From positions 117,438 through 137,437 of the forward strand of contig NOWV01000198.1 in the NCBI GenBank assembly GCA_003344405.1: a DNA stretch of 20,000 nucleotides, given 5' to 3'. A program made the translations under genes and the position numbers. Every line of letters starts with the position of its first letter. Within the stretch, counting starts at the first letter, position 1. Origin of the DNA: Trichoplax sp. H2 (taxonomy: Eukaryota). Shown piece after piece: positions 1 through 18,794 of the stretch. The notes beneath the pieces were generated by a model. The model did no database searches. It saw nothing but the letters and a program-made list of their open reading frames with translations, and had not been told where the DNA came from.

Positions 1-50
1 TAATCACCTAGATGTGGTTAATTAAACATAAAATTGCAATGATTATTAAG

Positions 51-152
51 GCATTATCTGCCTCTGATGATGCAGTTTATTTCTCTCACCGATTCCGGTC
101 ACCACCGGTTCATTATGATCCTTACTTTATATCACTAACTTCATTAAGATAG
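51..152 (+). CDS. Possible terminal coding exon of an unidentified gene extending beyond the left edge (ALSASDDAVYFSHRFRSPPVHYDPYFISLTSLR*)
   Basis: AG at 49-50 followed by 33 open codons and TAG at 150-152. GC is locally higher than the flanks and a long AT-rich UTR-like stretch follows. No homology recognised. Confidence 0.25.
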   Translation, partial: ALSASDDAVYFSHRFRSPPVHYDPYFISLTSLR

Positions 153-2541
153 TTTTTAGTTTTGGGCTATAGTTCATAAGTCATTTATGTAAACTAAGAA
201 GTTTTCAAATATGAAGAAAGATAATAATCGACTATAATAATTAGGTTAAACTTAGATTGAAAAATTAACTAACAATTATGAAATTTTTATCGTTATTGTT
301 TTCCTAAGAGACTATCCAAGTTTATACGTGTTGGTATTACGATTCCATTACGAGATTCTTTAAGATATTTTGCCTGTATTTACAGAAATTCTTACTGATT
401 TCACTTGGGCAGTTTTTAATGTTGGCTATAGACTTAAATATTAATCGTTTACTGATCTGAATATGCTAATATGTTTACGTAAGATTAGCATAGCATGTAG
501 TGGAGTGCATGGAGACAAAATAGGATACTTGGACTACTCAAGAAGGCGATAAGGCAATGTATGGACTACTTAGATAGTTAAATGTTGTGCCCTTAAATTA
601 GTAGAATCTTTGAAATTACGGAAGCTGATAAACATAGATCTACTAGGACTACTACTGTAGAGTTCTGTGCGTACTGGTTGGAGACAACTGCTGGTTTCTT
701 CAATCCCTGTGTAGAGCTATGTACTTCTCTAATTTCAATTAGACTCAAAGAAATTTTTTGAAAGAAATTTAAATTATGGATAATACTAGCTCTTGCCTTT
801 GAACGTAGCGGCGACTGCATGAGTGCATATTGATTTAATTGTGTTCAACCTTAATCAACAACACTTTTTGAAAAATAAAAAAACGAATGGTAACTGCGAT
901 AGCAGTTTTCTTCGCCGATCTTGATGCGATATTTTTTAATATATAGTTATGCCGATGACAAAAGGATACCTATATTTGATTTGGTAAACAGTCATGTTTA
1001 GTATATTTCTGTTGGGGTCAGTTTGAATAATTATTTAGCTGGTTTAAATAGTTTTATACAAAATTCGAGAATTTGAATTTTTGAATTAATTTAATTACTC
1101 TTGTAACAGCGTATGCAGCACCTAAACGCAACGATAACTTCCACATTTGAAGTCTATCTGGTTATTAATTAAATCGTATTATTGGCAATAAGGATTTGTA
1201 TATATAACTATACGAAGTTGGTATCTTGTAAAAAATAACAGATGCTTCTGTATGGATTTATGCAAACCTTACCGATTATATCATTTCAACTAACTCCGTC
1301 ATTTCTACATCTTAAAGAGATAACGTTAGTAAATTATCCCGATTAACATTTTAAATTTTAGTACCCTTACTATGCTGATTGACAATATTGTTGTCAGGAT
1401 AACGGCGTAATTTTATTATTAGCATCAAAACGCTAACTTGACATTGATTTAGCGATTGATTGAAGCAAGATAAATGCAGAAAAATTCGACATTGATTGCT
1501 CGGTGGTTTAAAATATTATTCCGTAACATGGCCTTGTTAATGTTAACAATGGCTTACGAAAGAAGTTTCGACATGAAATAAAGACAAAAACATTAATAAT
1601 AAGTTCAGATATGATATTAATAGTAATTTAAACTAGTGCGATATACTATTTAATTTTAAATACACATGGCATTAATTGAATATAAATTACAAGATCATGG
1701 CATCGTTATAATCAATAACTTTCTATTTCAGAAATGTGACTACGTGGCATAAAGTCATTTAAAGTAATCGAAAAAATATAATGGTTATTCATGTTATGAT
1801 AACGTGTTGTAAACAAGGTATTATGCTAGATTCTTGCTTAAAATACATAGCCATCTACGTTAGATACATTATGTTATTAAAACAAGCATAATTTTATGCT
1901 ACCATTAAACCATTAAAAAGTATTGACATTATAGGTTTGATTCGAGATATGGTACCTATCGAATGAGGTAGAATTCCAACAACTAAATTTTAAATCAGTT
2001 TTACTTGAATCGTTAGAAATAATAACATTAAGGTAGAATAACAAAGTGATTGTTCTAACCAATTATTACAATGTAACATGATTTTTTGCAGAACATGTTG
2101 ATTTTATTTGTTTCTCTTGACATTATTTAATAATTGACTAATCAATAGTAGTTGTACTGGTATAGTAAATCGGTAAGATTGATTAACTGATTTTGTTATA
2201 CAATAATAATGATCAGGCAGTTATCGCATCTCATGCTTTGATAACGCGAATAACATAATTAGGATCGGTCTATTCCATAGCTATAGATTACTGTTTTAAC
2301 CCTACAATTATAGTGATCTCGATTTCGTGTCAAATATTGGTATAACAATCTCCTGACCTTATCGGTATTGACAGCTCAAGAAAATTAGATCGATTATTCT
2401 TATATCTCCATAATCTATCAGATGCTACTTAGATAGTGATATTCAAACCCTTTATATACCAAACTTTCGGAAGAATACATATTCAACAAGCTCGAAAGGA
2501 GCTGAGGAATTATTACATAAATATATATACATCTTTTACAG

Positions 2542-4680
2542 TTATTGACCAATTTCAATCCTTTCGTTACAATTGACACGTTTATCAATTTCGAGTTGTG
2601 CTGCTGCTACCTGATTTTTAATCTGTTTGACCTTTAACAGTACACCCTCTGACGGTAATTAGTAAAAGAAATTTAGACAATCAATTGAAACTAATAAATT
2701 TTCGGATTTATTTTAAGTAAAAGTTATATCAGTGATAATATATCAGTACTAAAAGAAACCTACCGGCTCTTGTAATAGCTTCTACAAGTTGTTGGCGAGC
2801 CTGTGCATTTTCTTCTTGTAATCTTTCGATCGCTTTTTCCTACATCGATAAATCATAACAATGATGCATGAGTAAAGAAAATTAAGAAATGCAGTTTACA
2901 TTCAGTCAAGTAAGAAAATACATTATCAGTTTTAGAAGAAAAGTTATTATTTTATTCTTTGAAATTATCCATTTTAATTTTAATGATGGTTACTCTCCGT
3001 AGTATTTCGGTTACAATGTAGTAGACTACTTGTGCCATTCATTGTGAAAAACCCTAAGCGCTTAGTTCCAATTATTAAATTACGAAATGGATTTTTAAGT
3101 TTATAGTCATAATCATTGTCATATTCAACTCTATCTTTGTTTGATATTGGTATCAACTTCTGCTAGCTGACGACAACTTGATTTTAGCAGTGCTTTTGTA
3201 TATATATATATATATGACGGTTATGATTTGACGCATCAGAGTGTTACAGATGTTTTTACATGGAATTGGATTACATTATGTAACAGTCGATGAAGAGGAT
3301 ATCATTTTCGTTGCTATTCTGGCTCTGTCCTGCTTTATACGTATTTGGTTGAATTTGTTTAACCATTATTCATTAGTAATAGTGGACGTAGAGTAAATGA
3401 CGGCTTTAGATGCGGCCTGTCCTGTCTAAATCAGTAACATCAACGAATGCTTGCAATGCAAATACCTGATTTTGTTGCGAGACACGAATATCGGGTAAGG
3501 AAGTAATAATGTAGTCGATATCTTGAGCGGTCCGAGTAATCAAGGTAGCAAAAACGTCTAAATTGTCTATCGTTATAGCAAGAAAGAATGTTTTAGTTGA
3601 AGGTCAAGTTGAACTTCATATATCTACACTCTTCTAGGTAGATTAAATATACTTTGTGTCATTTCATTGACAGGAATTACAGTATTGGCATTAATCATAC
3701 TGCTTTTAAATGATTCTTTATCATGATACATTACTTCTTTTACTTCGTAATTAATTTTTTATACGCAACTGTGGTACTGTATGGCAGGAATTTTAATAAT
3801 GAGTGCAGATAGGTAGCACAACTTACTTTCTACATTTTCACCATTCGTAGTCGGATTGTGAACGGCTAGATAGGATACCGTGTTTGAATAGAGAATTTGG
3901 TTAGTTTGCATCCATTGAATACTTAATAAGCCTATAAGCATAGTCTAGAAATTCATGAAAGTATTTTATACGCATACAGTCATCGACGATCAAAAAGACA
4001 GTTTGTAGAAACAGTTGGGTTAGTCGACGTCTGGTAAATTCTTAATCACTTCATATAGTACTGAAGGCATACAGTAGATATCATATAGGCTGTTGGTCGG
4101 ATGATTCAACATCCCTGGAAGTATTCTATACTATTCATTATCAAAATCACTTTTGCATTCTAGGGTTATATTAAGTAAGAATCATCATCAATCCATTTTG
4201 TATGATACGCAGTATGCACAACTGTCTATTGTATAGCCAACTCAAGTAGTCAGAGTAAGGCTATACTTATTTTATGGTCAGACTAAAAGTAGAAACGCTT
4301 CTAGCTTAGCTATGAAATACCAGTCGATAGTTACTATAGGGTTGAATATGATACACGTATACTCTATAGAGCCTACTTATGGATTTATTCGTGGAGATAT
4401 AGTACTACTCAACTGACTATATCCTACCTCGGTCGTGGCTTTCAAATTCATCAAAATAACTTAACGGCGCCGATTGTTGTAGAACTCCAACGCTGTCGCA
4501 AAGATGTTGAGCTAGCTGTTATAATTATGCATAATATACAGAAATAAAAGGTAGAATTAAAGCTAAAATGATTTACAAGATAACTTGATGAATATTGTTC
4601 AATCTACTTGCATGGATCAATCAATCTAATCAACTTACTTGGTTGACAGCGTCTTGTAACTGCGATAATCTGTCCGCCAT
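2542..4680 (-). CDS. MED21: Mediator of RNA polymerase II transcription subunit 21 (Srb7), 6 coding exons, ~150 aa
   Basis: Exons 4680-4639 (MADRLSQLQDAVNQ), 4515-4428 (LAQHLCDSVGVLQQSAP...), 3865-3827 (AVHNPTTNGENVE), 3566-3466 (NLDVFATLITRTAQDIDYIITSLP...), 2839-2764 (EKAIERLQEENAQARQQLVEAITRA) and 2648-2542 (GVLLKVKQIKNQVAAAQLEI...*). All introns are GT-AG with consistent phases, total 453 nt. Matches the MED21 hallmarks MADRLTQLQDAVN and LIARTAKDIDVLIDSLP. Confidence 0.95.
3199..3215. repeat. (TA)8 microsatellite in MED21 intron 4
   Basis: tatatatatatatatat read directly. Confidence 0.85.
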
Positions 4681-5035
4681 GTTGGTATGTTACTGTCAAT
4701 CAATTGTAGTCCAGGCATGCGTGCAAGTGGTCCAGTCTACAGTACTTTATACACTACCAGAGTTATAGTATGGAAACCGGACGCGGAGCCGTACAACACG
4801 GTACAGTATGGTACACTGTATACTGATTATGACCATGAGCATTGCGGGTACAGTGTACAGTACGCTGTACTGTAGGTGGAAAGGCGAGCGTGGTTCTGGA
4901 TAATGCCATTGTTTTACTACAGTAGCAAGTGACAATACTACAGTATCTAAGGGTACTGTACACTGTACAGTTGTTGTACTGTACAGTAGAGTACAGGACA
5001 CCACTTGATTTAGGCCTTTCAAGGTCAACAACAAA
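4681..5035. promoter_or_regulatory. Putative bidirectional promoter and 5'UTRs shared by MED21 and MMAB, rich in TACAGTA/TACTGTA
   Basis: 355 bp between divergent ATGs (4680 minus, 5036 plus). Nine exact TACWGTA copies at 4738, 4802, 4856, 4868, 4918, 4939, 4954, 4977 and 4982. Confidence 0.75.
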
Positions 5036-7481
5036 ATGGCTCAATTTTTAAAGGTAGTTGCCTTGAGACGTTTACCAGGACTCTATCCTAGCGTTAGGCT
5101 AGTACATGCATCCAGGTAGAGTTGTCACTTAGTTTGCATAGTAATGAACAAATTGTAATGGGTTGGCCATAACTATACAATCGATTTAATTTTGATGATG
5201 GAATTATTCAAACATGATTTATTAATCCTTTTGTGCAGAATGATGAGGAAAATGATAGATTGAATGATAATTACAATTCATTGCATAAGTTCTAATTGAA
5301 TATCGAAAAAAGTTAGCCATACCTTTAAGGTCATATTTTATCATTTCTTTTGTAGTGCCTTAATGAAAATGAAAATTTACACCAAAACTGGCGATAAAGG
5401 TATACAGTACTACGCGTATGACATGTAATGTTTGTTGATAGCGATAGACGAATGATGGCGTAATTACTAATTGTTGTACAGTACAGTATTGGATTTCGCT
5501 TCTTGCAATGACAAAATTTCAACGTATTTTATTGAATTGAATTGAATTAAACTGTTGAGACTGCATCGGTATCACTAGTTGTAGCCAATCAATTTCAAGT
5601 GTTGCTTTCAAGAATATTGCTATTGGATGATGCACACCGACATTTGCGTTTGACTAGTATATTGCAATCGTAAGACTATCCTAATTTAAGCAATTGCTAT
5701 TTCGCATTCGTTGAACAGGCAAATCGAGCTTATTTACTGGTGAAAGGCGACTAAAAGATGATACTATATTTGAAGCTTTGGGAACAAATGATGAGCTGTC
5801 ATCAGCAATAGGGTAAATCAATCATACTACTGTACTATTCCCAAGAATTGATTCTATCTACAAAGCTATATCGTTCGTAAAATATGGTCTTAATTTTATG
5901 GTTTAATCTTTCAATATCTAAATATACTAAAAGGTGATCGCTAAAGTAGCTTGTTTCATTTTTCTAACTTATTATATTACACTCTAAATTAATGTAGGCT
6001 AGCTAGAGAATTTTGCTTGCAGGCTGGACAGAACTTTGTCGACAAGCTAGAACAAGTATTTCATATCTTAATGATGTATCTCTAGTAAAATATTGATACA
6101 ACACGTTACTACTGTTTTCTGACTTGATAAAGTGATTATACTGTATTGGAACTGTGTTTCCGTCTGCTCTTTTTATGAGTTATACGTATAATATACTTCG
6201 TTACAATTTCTACGTTTAAGATTTTAATATTTACTATACCACTATTTATCCACTTCAAACGGTAAAATTACGCACAATTCGTGTTATACTGTAGATTCAA
6301 TGTCGCTTGCAGGACATCGGATCGAACATTGCTACACCGCGTATTCAAGCTGATGAGGATAAATTAGGTTCTCCTATAGTAATAAATCTATAAAAATGTA
6401 GTAAGACATTATTTATTTGCATTGGAACATGCTGTCGTTTCCACTAGGCGTTCAACCTAACATGGCTTAAGGATACGACAATGTTAATGTTTATTATTTT
6501 AAACTAATTAATATATACGCGTATCATCCAGGCAGCATTTAACGAAATTAATTTTTTATTTATCTAGTTCGAACAGAATTTAGTTCATCTAATGTCCAAC
6601 AATTGGAATTATGGATTGATGAAATGGATGAACAATTACCACCATTAAAAAATTTTATCTTACCGGTGCGTATATTCATAAGCAACAAGATATTCAATAG
6701 AGTGTTTCAATGCTATCTCGTGAATGCTAGCAATACTGAAATATTTGAAGGTGGATTTTGTTCAAAATTACCAATTCTTTTCGTTCGCAGTCTGGTGGAT
6801 TATCAAGCAGCTCTTTGCATGTGGCGAGATCAATTTGTCGTCGAGCCGAAAGAAGGTACTGTTATGCTATTACATCTTATGTAATACCTAAATTCAAATC
6901 AGGTGCAATCCAATATACAGTATTGTATTAGATACTAATAGAATATCATCATAATATCCTATAACTTGACCAGTATCCCTAGGGGATACAGCTGATCTAT
7001 TTATTTTCACTGCAACTATCGTCAATGTAGGGTTGTACCACTTGTTCGTGAAAATGCTGTTGACCCTGATGTTGCAAAATACTTAAACAGGTTCACAAAT
7101 TGCTTCTTGTCGAAAAATGTTCCTTCACGAATATATTACTTGCGTCCTTTATACAACACTCGTTACAGTAGAAATTGATCCGAAATTCTTACACTAATCT
7201 AATTGTAACGTATTCACGCACTCGATAGACTTGGCTATATTCTGATTTCTACTAGAAGTACAGATTAATTAATTTATTTCAATCGCATATGACTACGCTA
7301 TCTTGCTAATTCTATTGAAAATACCAGTAAATCTAGCGAAACAATTTCGAAGTTGTTAATTGTCATGCTTTCTAATCATTTGAATCCATTAAGGCTCAGC
7401 GACTTTCTATTCACTGCTGCCCGCTATTCCGCCATGAAGGAAGGCCGTAGCGAAGTTATCTATAGAAAAAGCGATCAGTAA
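5036..7481 (+). CDS. MMAB: Corrinoid (cob(I)alamin) adenosyltransferase, PduO-type, probably mitochondrial; 9 coding exons, ~219 aa
   Basis: Exons 5036-5115 ([26 protein letters not shown], presequence-like), 5356-5399 ([10 protein letters not shown]), 5719-5812 ([32 protein letters not shown]), 5998-6055, 6295-6367 ([15 protein letters not shown]), 6568-6665 ([10 protein letters not shown]), 6791-6855 (SGG...[14 protein letters not shown]), 7031-7090 (KYLNR) and 7394-7481 ([10 protein letters not shown]...*). 660 nt in frame, all introns GT-AG. Canonical PduO/MMAB motifs [15 protein letters not shown] and YLNRLSDxLF are present. Confidence 0.96.
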
Positions 7482-7652
7482 AAAGGTGTAAAGCTGCCTG
7501 TTGTTTTATTAATACTCAAAATAAGTTGTAAATTCTTTACAGTGTTAAAATTTAAATGAAAAAGCGACCAGTAAAGTGGTGCAAAGCTGCCTGTTGTTTT
7601 ATTAATACTCAAAATAACTTATAAATTCTTTTACAATGCTAAAACTCAAATG
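7465..7652 (+). repeat. Two-copy ~93-bp imperfect tandem duplication spanning the MMAB stop codon and proximal 3'UTR
   Basis: gaaaaagcgatcagtaaaaaggtgtaaagctgcctgttgttttattaatactcaaaataa... at 7465 recurs as gaaaaagcgaccagtaaagtggtgcaaagctgcctgttgttttattaatactcaaaataa... at 7558. Confidence 0.9.
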
Positions 7653-7799
7653 CTATCCTATAAAAGTTTTCTTGCTATAATTTCTTGATAAATGAAATGA
7701 ATATATACGTATACATCTAGTCCAATTTTTGCGTTCCAAGACTTTGCGCTCACATTGTATAGCTTTAGCATTTATATAGTACAGCATTCTGAATTTTGA

Positions 7800-7805
7800 A
7801 ATAAA
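7800..7805 (+). terminator. Candidate polyadenylation signal for MMAB
   Basis: AATAAA ~320 nt downstream of the stop codon. The hexamer is common in AT-rich DNA. Confidence 0.3.
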
Positions 7806-8129
7806 ATACCTAACTTTCTCTTGTATCGTGCCAATATATATGAACGTGACCGTAGGCGAAATCGGTCATTTTGCAAATGAGAATACAACTTATATGATAG
7901 ACAGGCGCTCGCCGCGGAAATTTACTTGTTATATCATGCGCCACTGTTAAAAGGTGCAGGAGAGCTGCTAATGATACTGTTGTGGTACTGTAGCACATCA
8001 ATTAAAGTTCCGTTAGAAGCCTTACGGAAGATTTTGTTGGATATCCGAAATCGCTTTATTAACGAATCTCAACTGCTACGGTAACGGAAGTAGTGTGGTC
8101 ACTGCTTATAATTATCCATGCTGGGTGTA

Positions 8130-8143
8130 TAACCCTAACCCTA
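8130..8143 (+). repeat. Short interstitial telomeric motif TAACCCTAACCCTA ((TTAGGG)n type)
   Basis: Read directly; 2.3 units. Confidence 0.7.
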
Positions 8144-8320
8144 GCGATACTTGTTTATCAATACTGGATGTGTGATAAAGGACAATTTCCGAGGTATTAC
8201 GATACTACAAAATGCGGTACTGTACAGTATATTCAAATTCAACGATTTAACAATCGCGCAAGTTAATCAGTTCAGACATATGCAAAATACAGCACTATAT
8301 ATTAAAAGCAAATCTATTCA

Positions 8321-8326
8321 TTTATT
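8321..8326 (-). terminator. Candidate polyadenylation signal for clathrin heavy chain
   Basis: TTTATT on the plus strand equals AATAAA on minus, ~430 nt past the stop. An alternative lies at 8055-8060. Confidence 0.3.
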
Positions 8327-8752
8327 AATTTTTACCAATGGAAACTAATTTTAATATCACCATTAAAAGGATTTAAACCACAACAACAGACGGGTAATGT
8401 ATATATGATACTGACTGCATTCCAGTATGAAACGTGTACATATTTGCTTCTGGTATAACAACTGACTACAGTTAACATCAACAGCCAAATTAAAGAATAC
8501 TAAAAATTTACTAGGTGATTGTCGTACGACAATGGTCTTTACTACAATACAAAAACAAATGTTAGAATTCACAGTAAATTCTCTTCGGCATCAAAGGATG
8601 TGCGTAGCAAGCAACGTTATTTAATCTACTAAAAATATTTGATAATTCTATCAGCTTTCGGTAGATGTAAAGACTGCGTACTGTATCTTTTATCATAATT
8701 CTAATTACAACTGCTGTATAATACTCTGATAAATTCATTTCTATCAATCGTT

Positions 8753-16949
<8,197 letters not shown>

Positions 16950-17430
16950 GACTCGTTACTTCTATGAGGAAAGGGAAAAAAAACACCCAACTGTCAGTCA
17001 AGTCGTGGTTGATTTGCAAAAGCTTCTTCCTTTCCCTCTGGCTTACCTCTTTCGCGGTGCGCCACCCACAATTCCGCCGAGTTAGCAAGGGGTAAATGAT
17101 GGTTGAAAAAACCCCTTATGTACAAGCATGGCCGATGACGTTTCTTTTTCTTGGCCAATAGGCGGGCCTTTAGCGTGGTGACGTCATAGCGTGAGCAAGG
17201 ATTGAGCGCGTGAGAAAGTGGAGGAAGAGAGATGACCGGTGGTGGGACTGACTTTTGTGCGGCTCGAGCTAGCAAATCAGAGTGGCAGGTGGGATTTTAT
17301 CATTCAATTGCTGTACAGTACAGTACCGAGTCCATGTACTGGTACTGTACCAGGCGAATACGGTACGGAACTTCACCCGTGATGACGACTCATCACGACG
17401 ATGGAGAACCGCCACACGTGACCCACTGTA
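16950..17430 (-). promoter_or_regulatory. Putative clathrin heavy chain 5'UTR and promoter with CCAAT, GC-box-like, CRE and E-box motifs
   Basis: GC-richer segment directly upstream of the ATG. CCAAT at 17155-17159, GGCGGG at 17161-17166, perfect CRE TGACGTCA at 17179-17186, CACGTGAC at 17415-17422, and TACWGTA copies near 17314-17350. Confidence 0.55.
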
Positions 17431-17716
17431 CTCAAGAGAGTGTCCATACTGTACACTGTCGTGAAGAAGAGGTCGGTGAAACACGCCCAAATTGAACACG
17501 GCACAGTCGAGAGCATCAAGTGCCAGTCTGTGTTCGTGGTTCATGCACATGATCCATGCAGGGACAAAAGGGATGAGCGTTTTCACTGGGTGGGATTGAT
17601 TGGACGATACTGTACTAGACTCTACACTCAGTGACAGTGTACAATCGAGTACAAGAGTATTGTTCCTGCATCCAATTGTTTGTCTACAGTATGGTGGAGT
17701 TTTATCGTGCGCCTGC

Positions 17717-18452
17717 GGTCTCTCTTTCGCGTTGACATTTTTTCCTTTGACTGCAGTTTCTTCTACGTGTATGCGATGATTGATTTGTATTTTCATTTTT
17801 ACCTCTGCAATATGAAGATATTGAAATGCAGATAGTTTACTATGAGAGTGGATGTCTACGGCATGCCTACAATGCATTTGGATAGTTTACTATGAGAGCG
17901 GATGTCTGCGGCATACCTACAATGCATTTTGATTGACTGGCTATACAGTAAATGCAGACCAATCGTCCAGTTTTGGCGATGGTGTGGAGAGAATGGACGC
18001 CGATCGTTGAGTACCGTACACTGTAGGCAGTGTAGTGAATGGTAGTAGAGTTTAAGCAACCTGTAATCACTCGGTTGGAACCGAACCTTGGANNNNNNNN
18101 NNNNNNNNNNNNGGTCTCTCTTTCGCGTTGACATTTTTTCCTTTGAGTACTGCAATTTCTTCTACGTGTATGCGATGATTGATTTGTATTTTCATTTTTA
18201 CCTCTGCAATATGAAGATATTGAAATGCAGATAGTTTACTATGAGAGCGGATGTCTGCGGCATACTTACAAATTACAATGCATTTTGATTGACTGGCTAT
18301 ACATACAGTAAATGCAGACCAATCGTCCAGTTTTGGCGATGGTGTGGAGAGAATGGACGCCGATCGTTGAGTACCGTACACTGTAGGCAGTGTAGTGAAT
18401 GGTAGTAGAGTTTAAGCAACCTGTAATCACTCGGTTGGAACCGAACCTTGGA
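17717..18452. repeat. Near-identical direct duplication (17717-18092 and 18113-18452) flanking a 20-N assembly gap
   Basis: Both copies run from ggtctctctttcgcgttgac to ggaaccgaaccttgga. Copy 1 also carries an internal 50-bp tandem duplication (17831-17880 / 17881-17930). Confidence 0.92.
18093..18112. other. Assembly gap (20 N)
   Basis: Run of n. Confidence 1.
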
Positions 18453-18794
18453 CAGGTCTATCTACACTACAGTAACTCAGATGAATGGAGAATCCAATTT
18501 CAACACACGTTGATCAACTATCGAATTAATTCATAAACAATTCGCACAGTAAACTATTCACTACCAGGGGTAGCAAACAAACATTTTTTTGTCCCGTTTC
18601 CTCTTTTGTCAATATGATTTTATTTCACAAGTCCCAGCAACTGTAAACGCTAACCCGTGCCGCTGTCGAACTACTGTAATGACTGCTAGCAAACTACTGG
18701 ACTATAAATCATACTCAATTACTCATACAGTACAGTCTGCATACAGGATATACAGTACATTACTGCACACAGGTGTGCAGTATTGTACTCGCAC

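Noticed and set aside
593..820. 75-aa minus-strand ORF
   Set aside because: No homology recognised and no supporting exon chain.
4687..5044. Three overlapping ORFs in the MED21-MMAB spacer
   Set aside because: Their Y/S/T/V/Q/C/L bias simply reflects translation of TACAGTA/TACTGTA words.
6603..6884. 93-aa ORF treated as a standalone protein
   Set aside because: It is MMAB exon 6 read through the intron and into exon 7 out of frame.
6368..7096. Weak MMAB donors GTTCTC (6368) and GTTCAC (7091) as possible U12-type introns
   Set aside because: They lack the RTATCCT U12 5' consensus and have a strong exonic AG before GT, consistent with ordinary U2 introns.
17269..17877. 202-aa minus-strand ORF and overlapping ORFs at 16900-18381
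   Set aside because: No recognisable domain. They run through promoter DNA, duplicated sequence and an N gap, and are best explained by locally higher GC.
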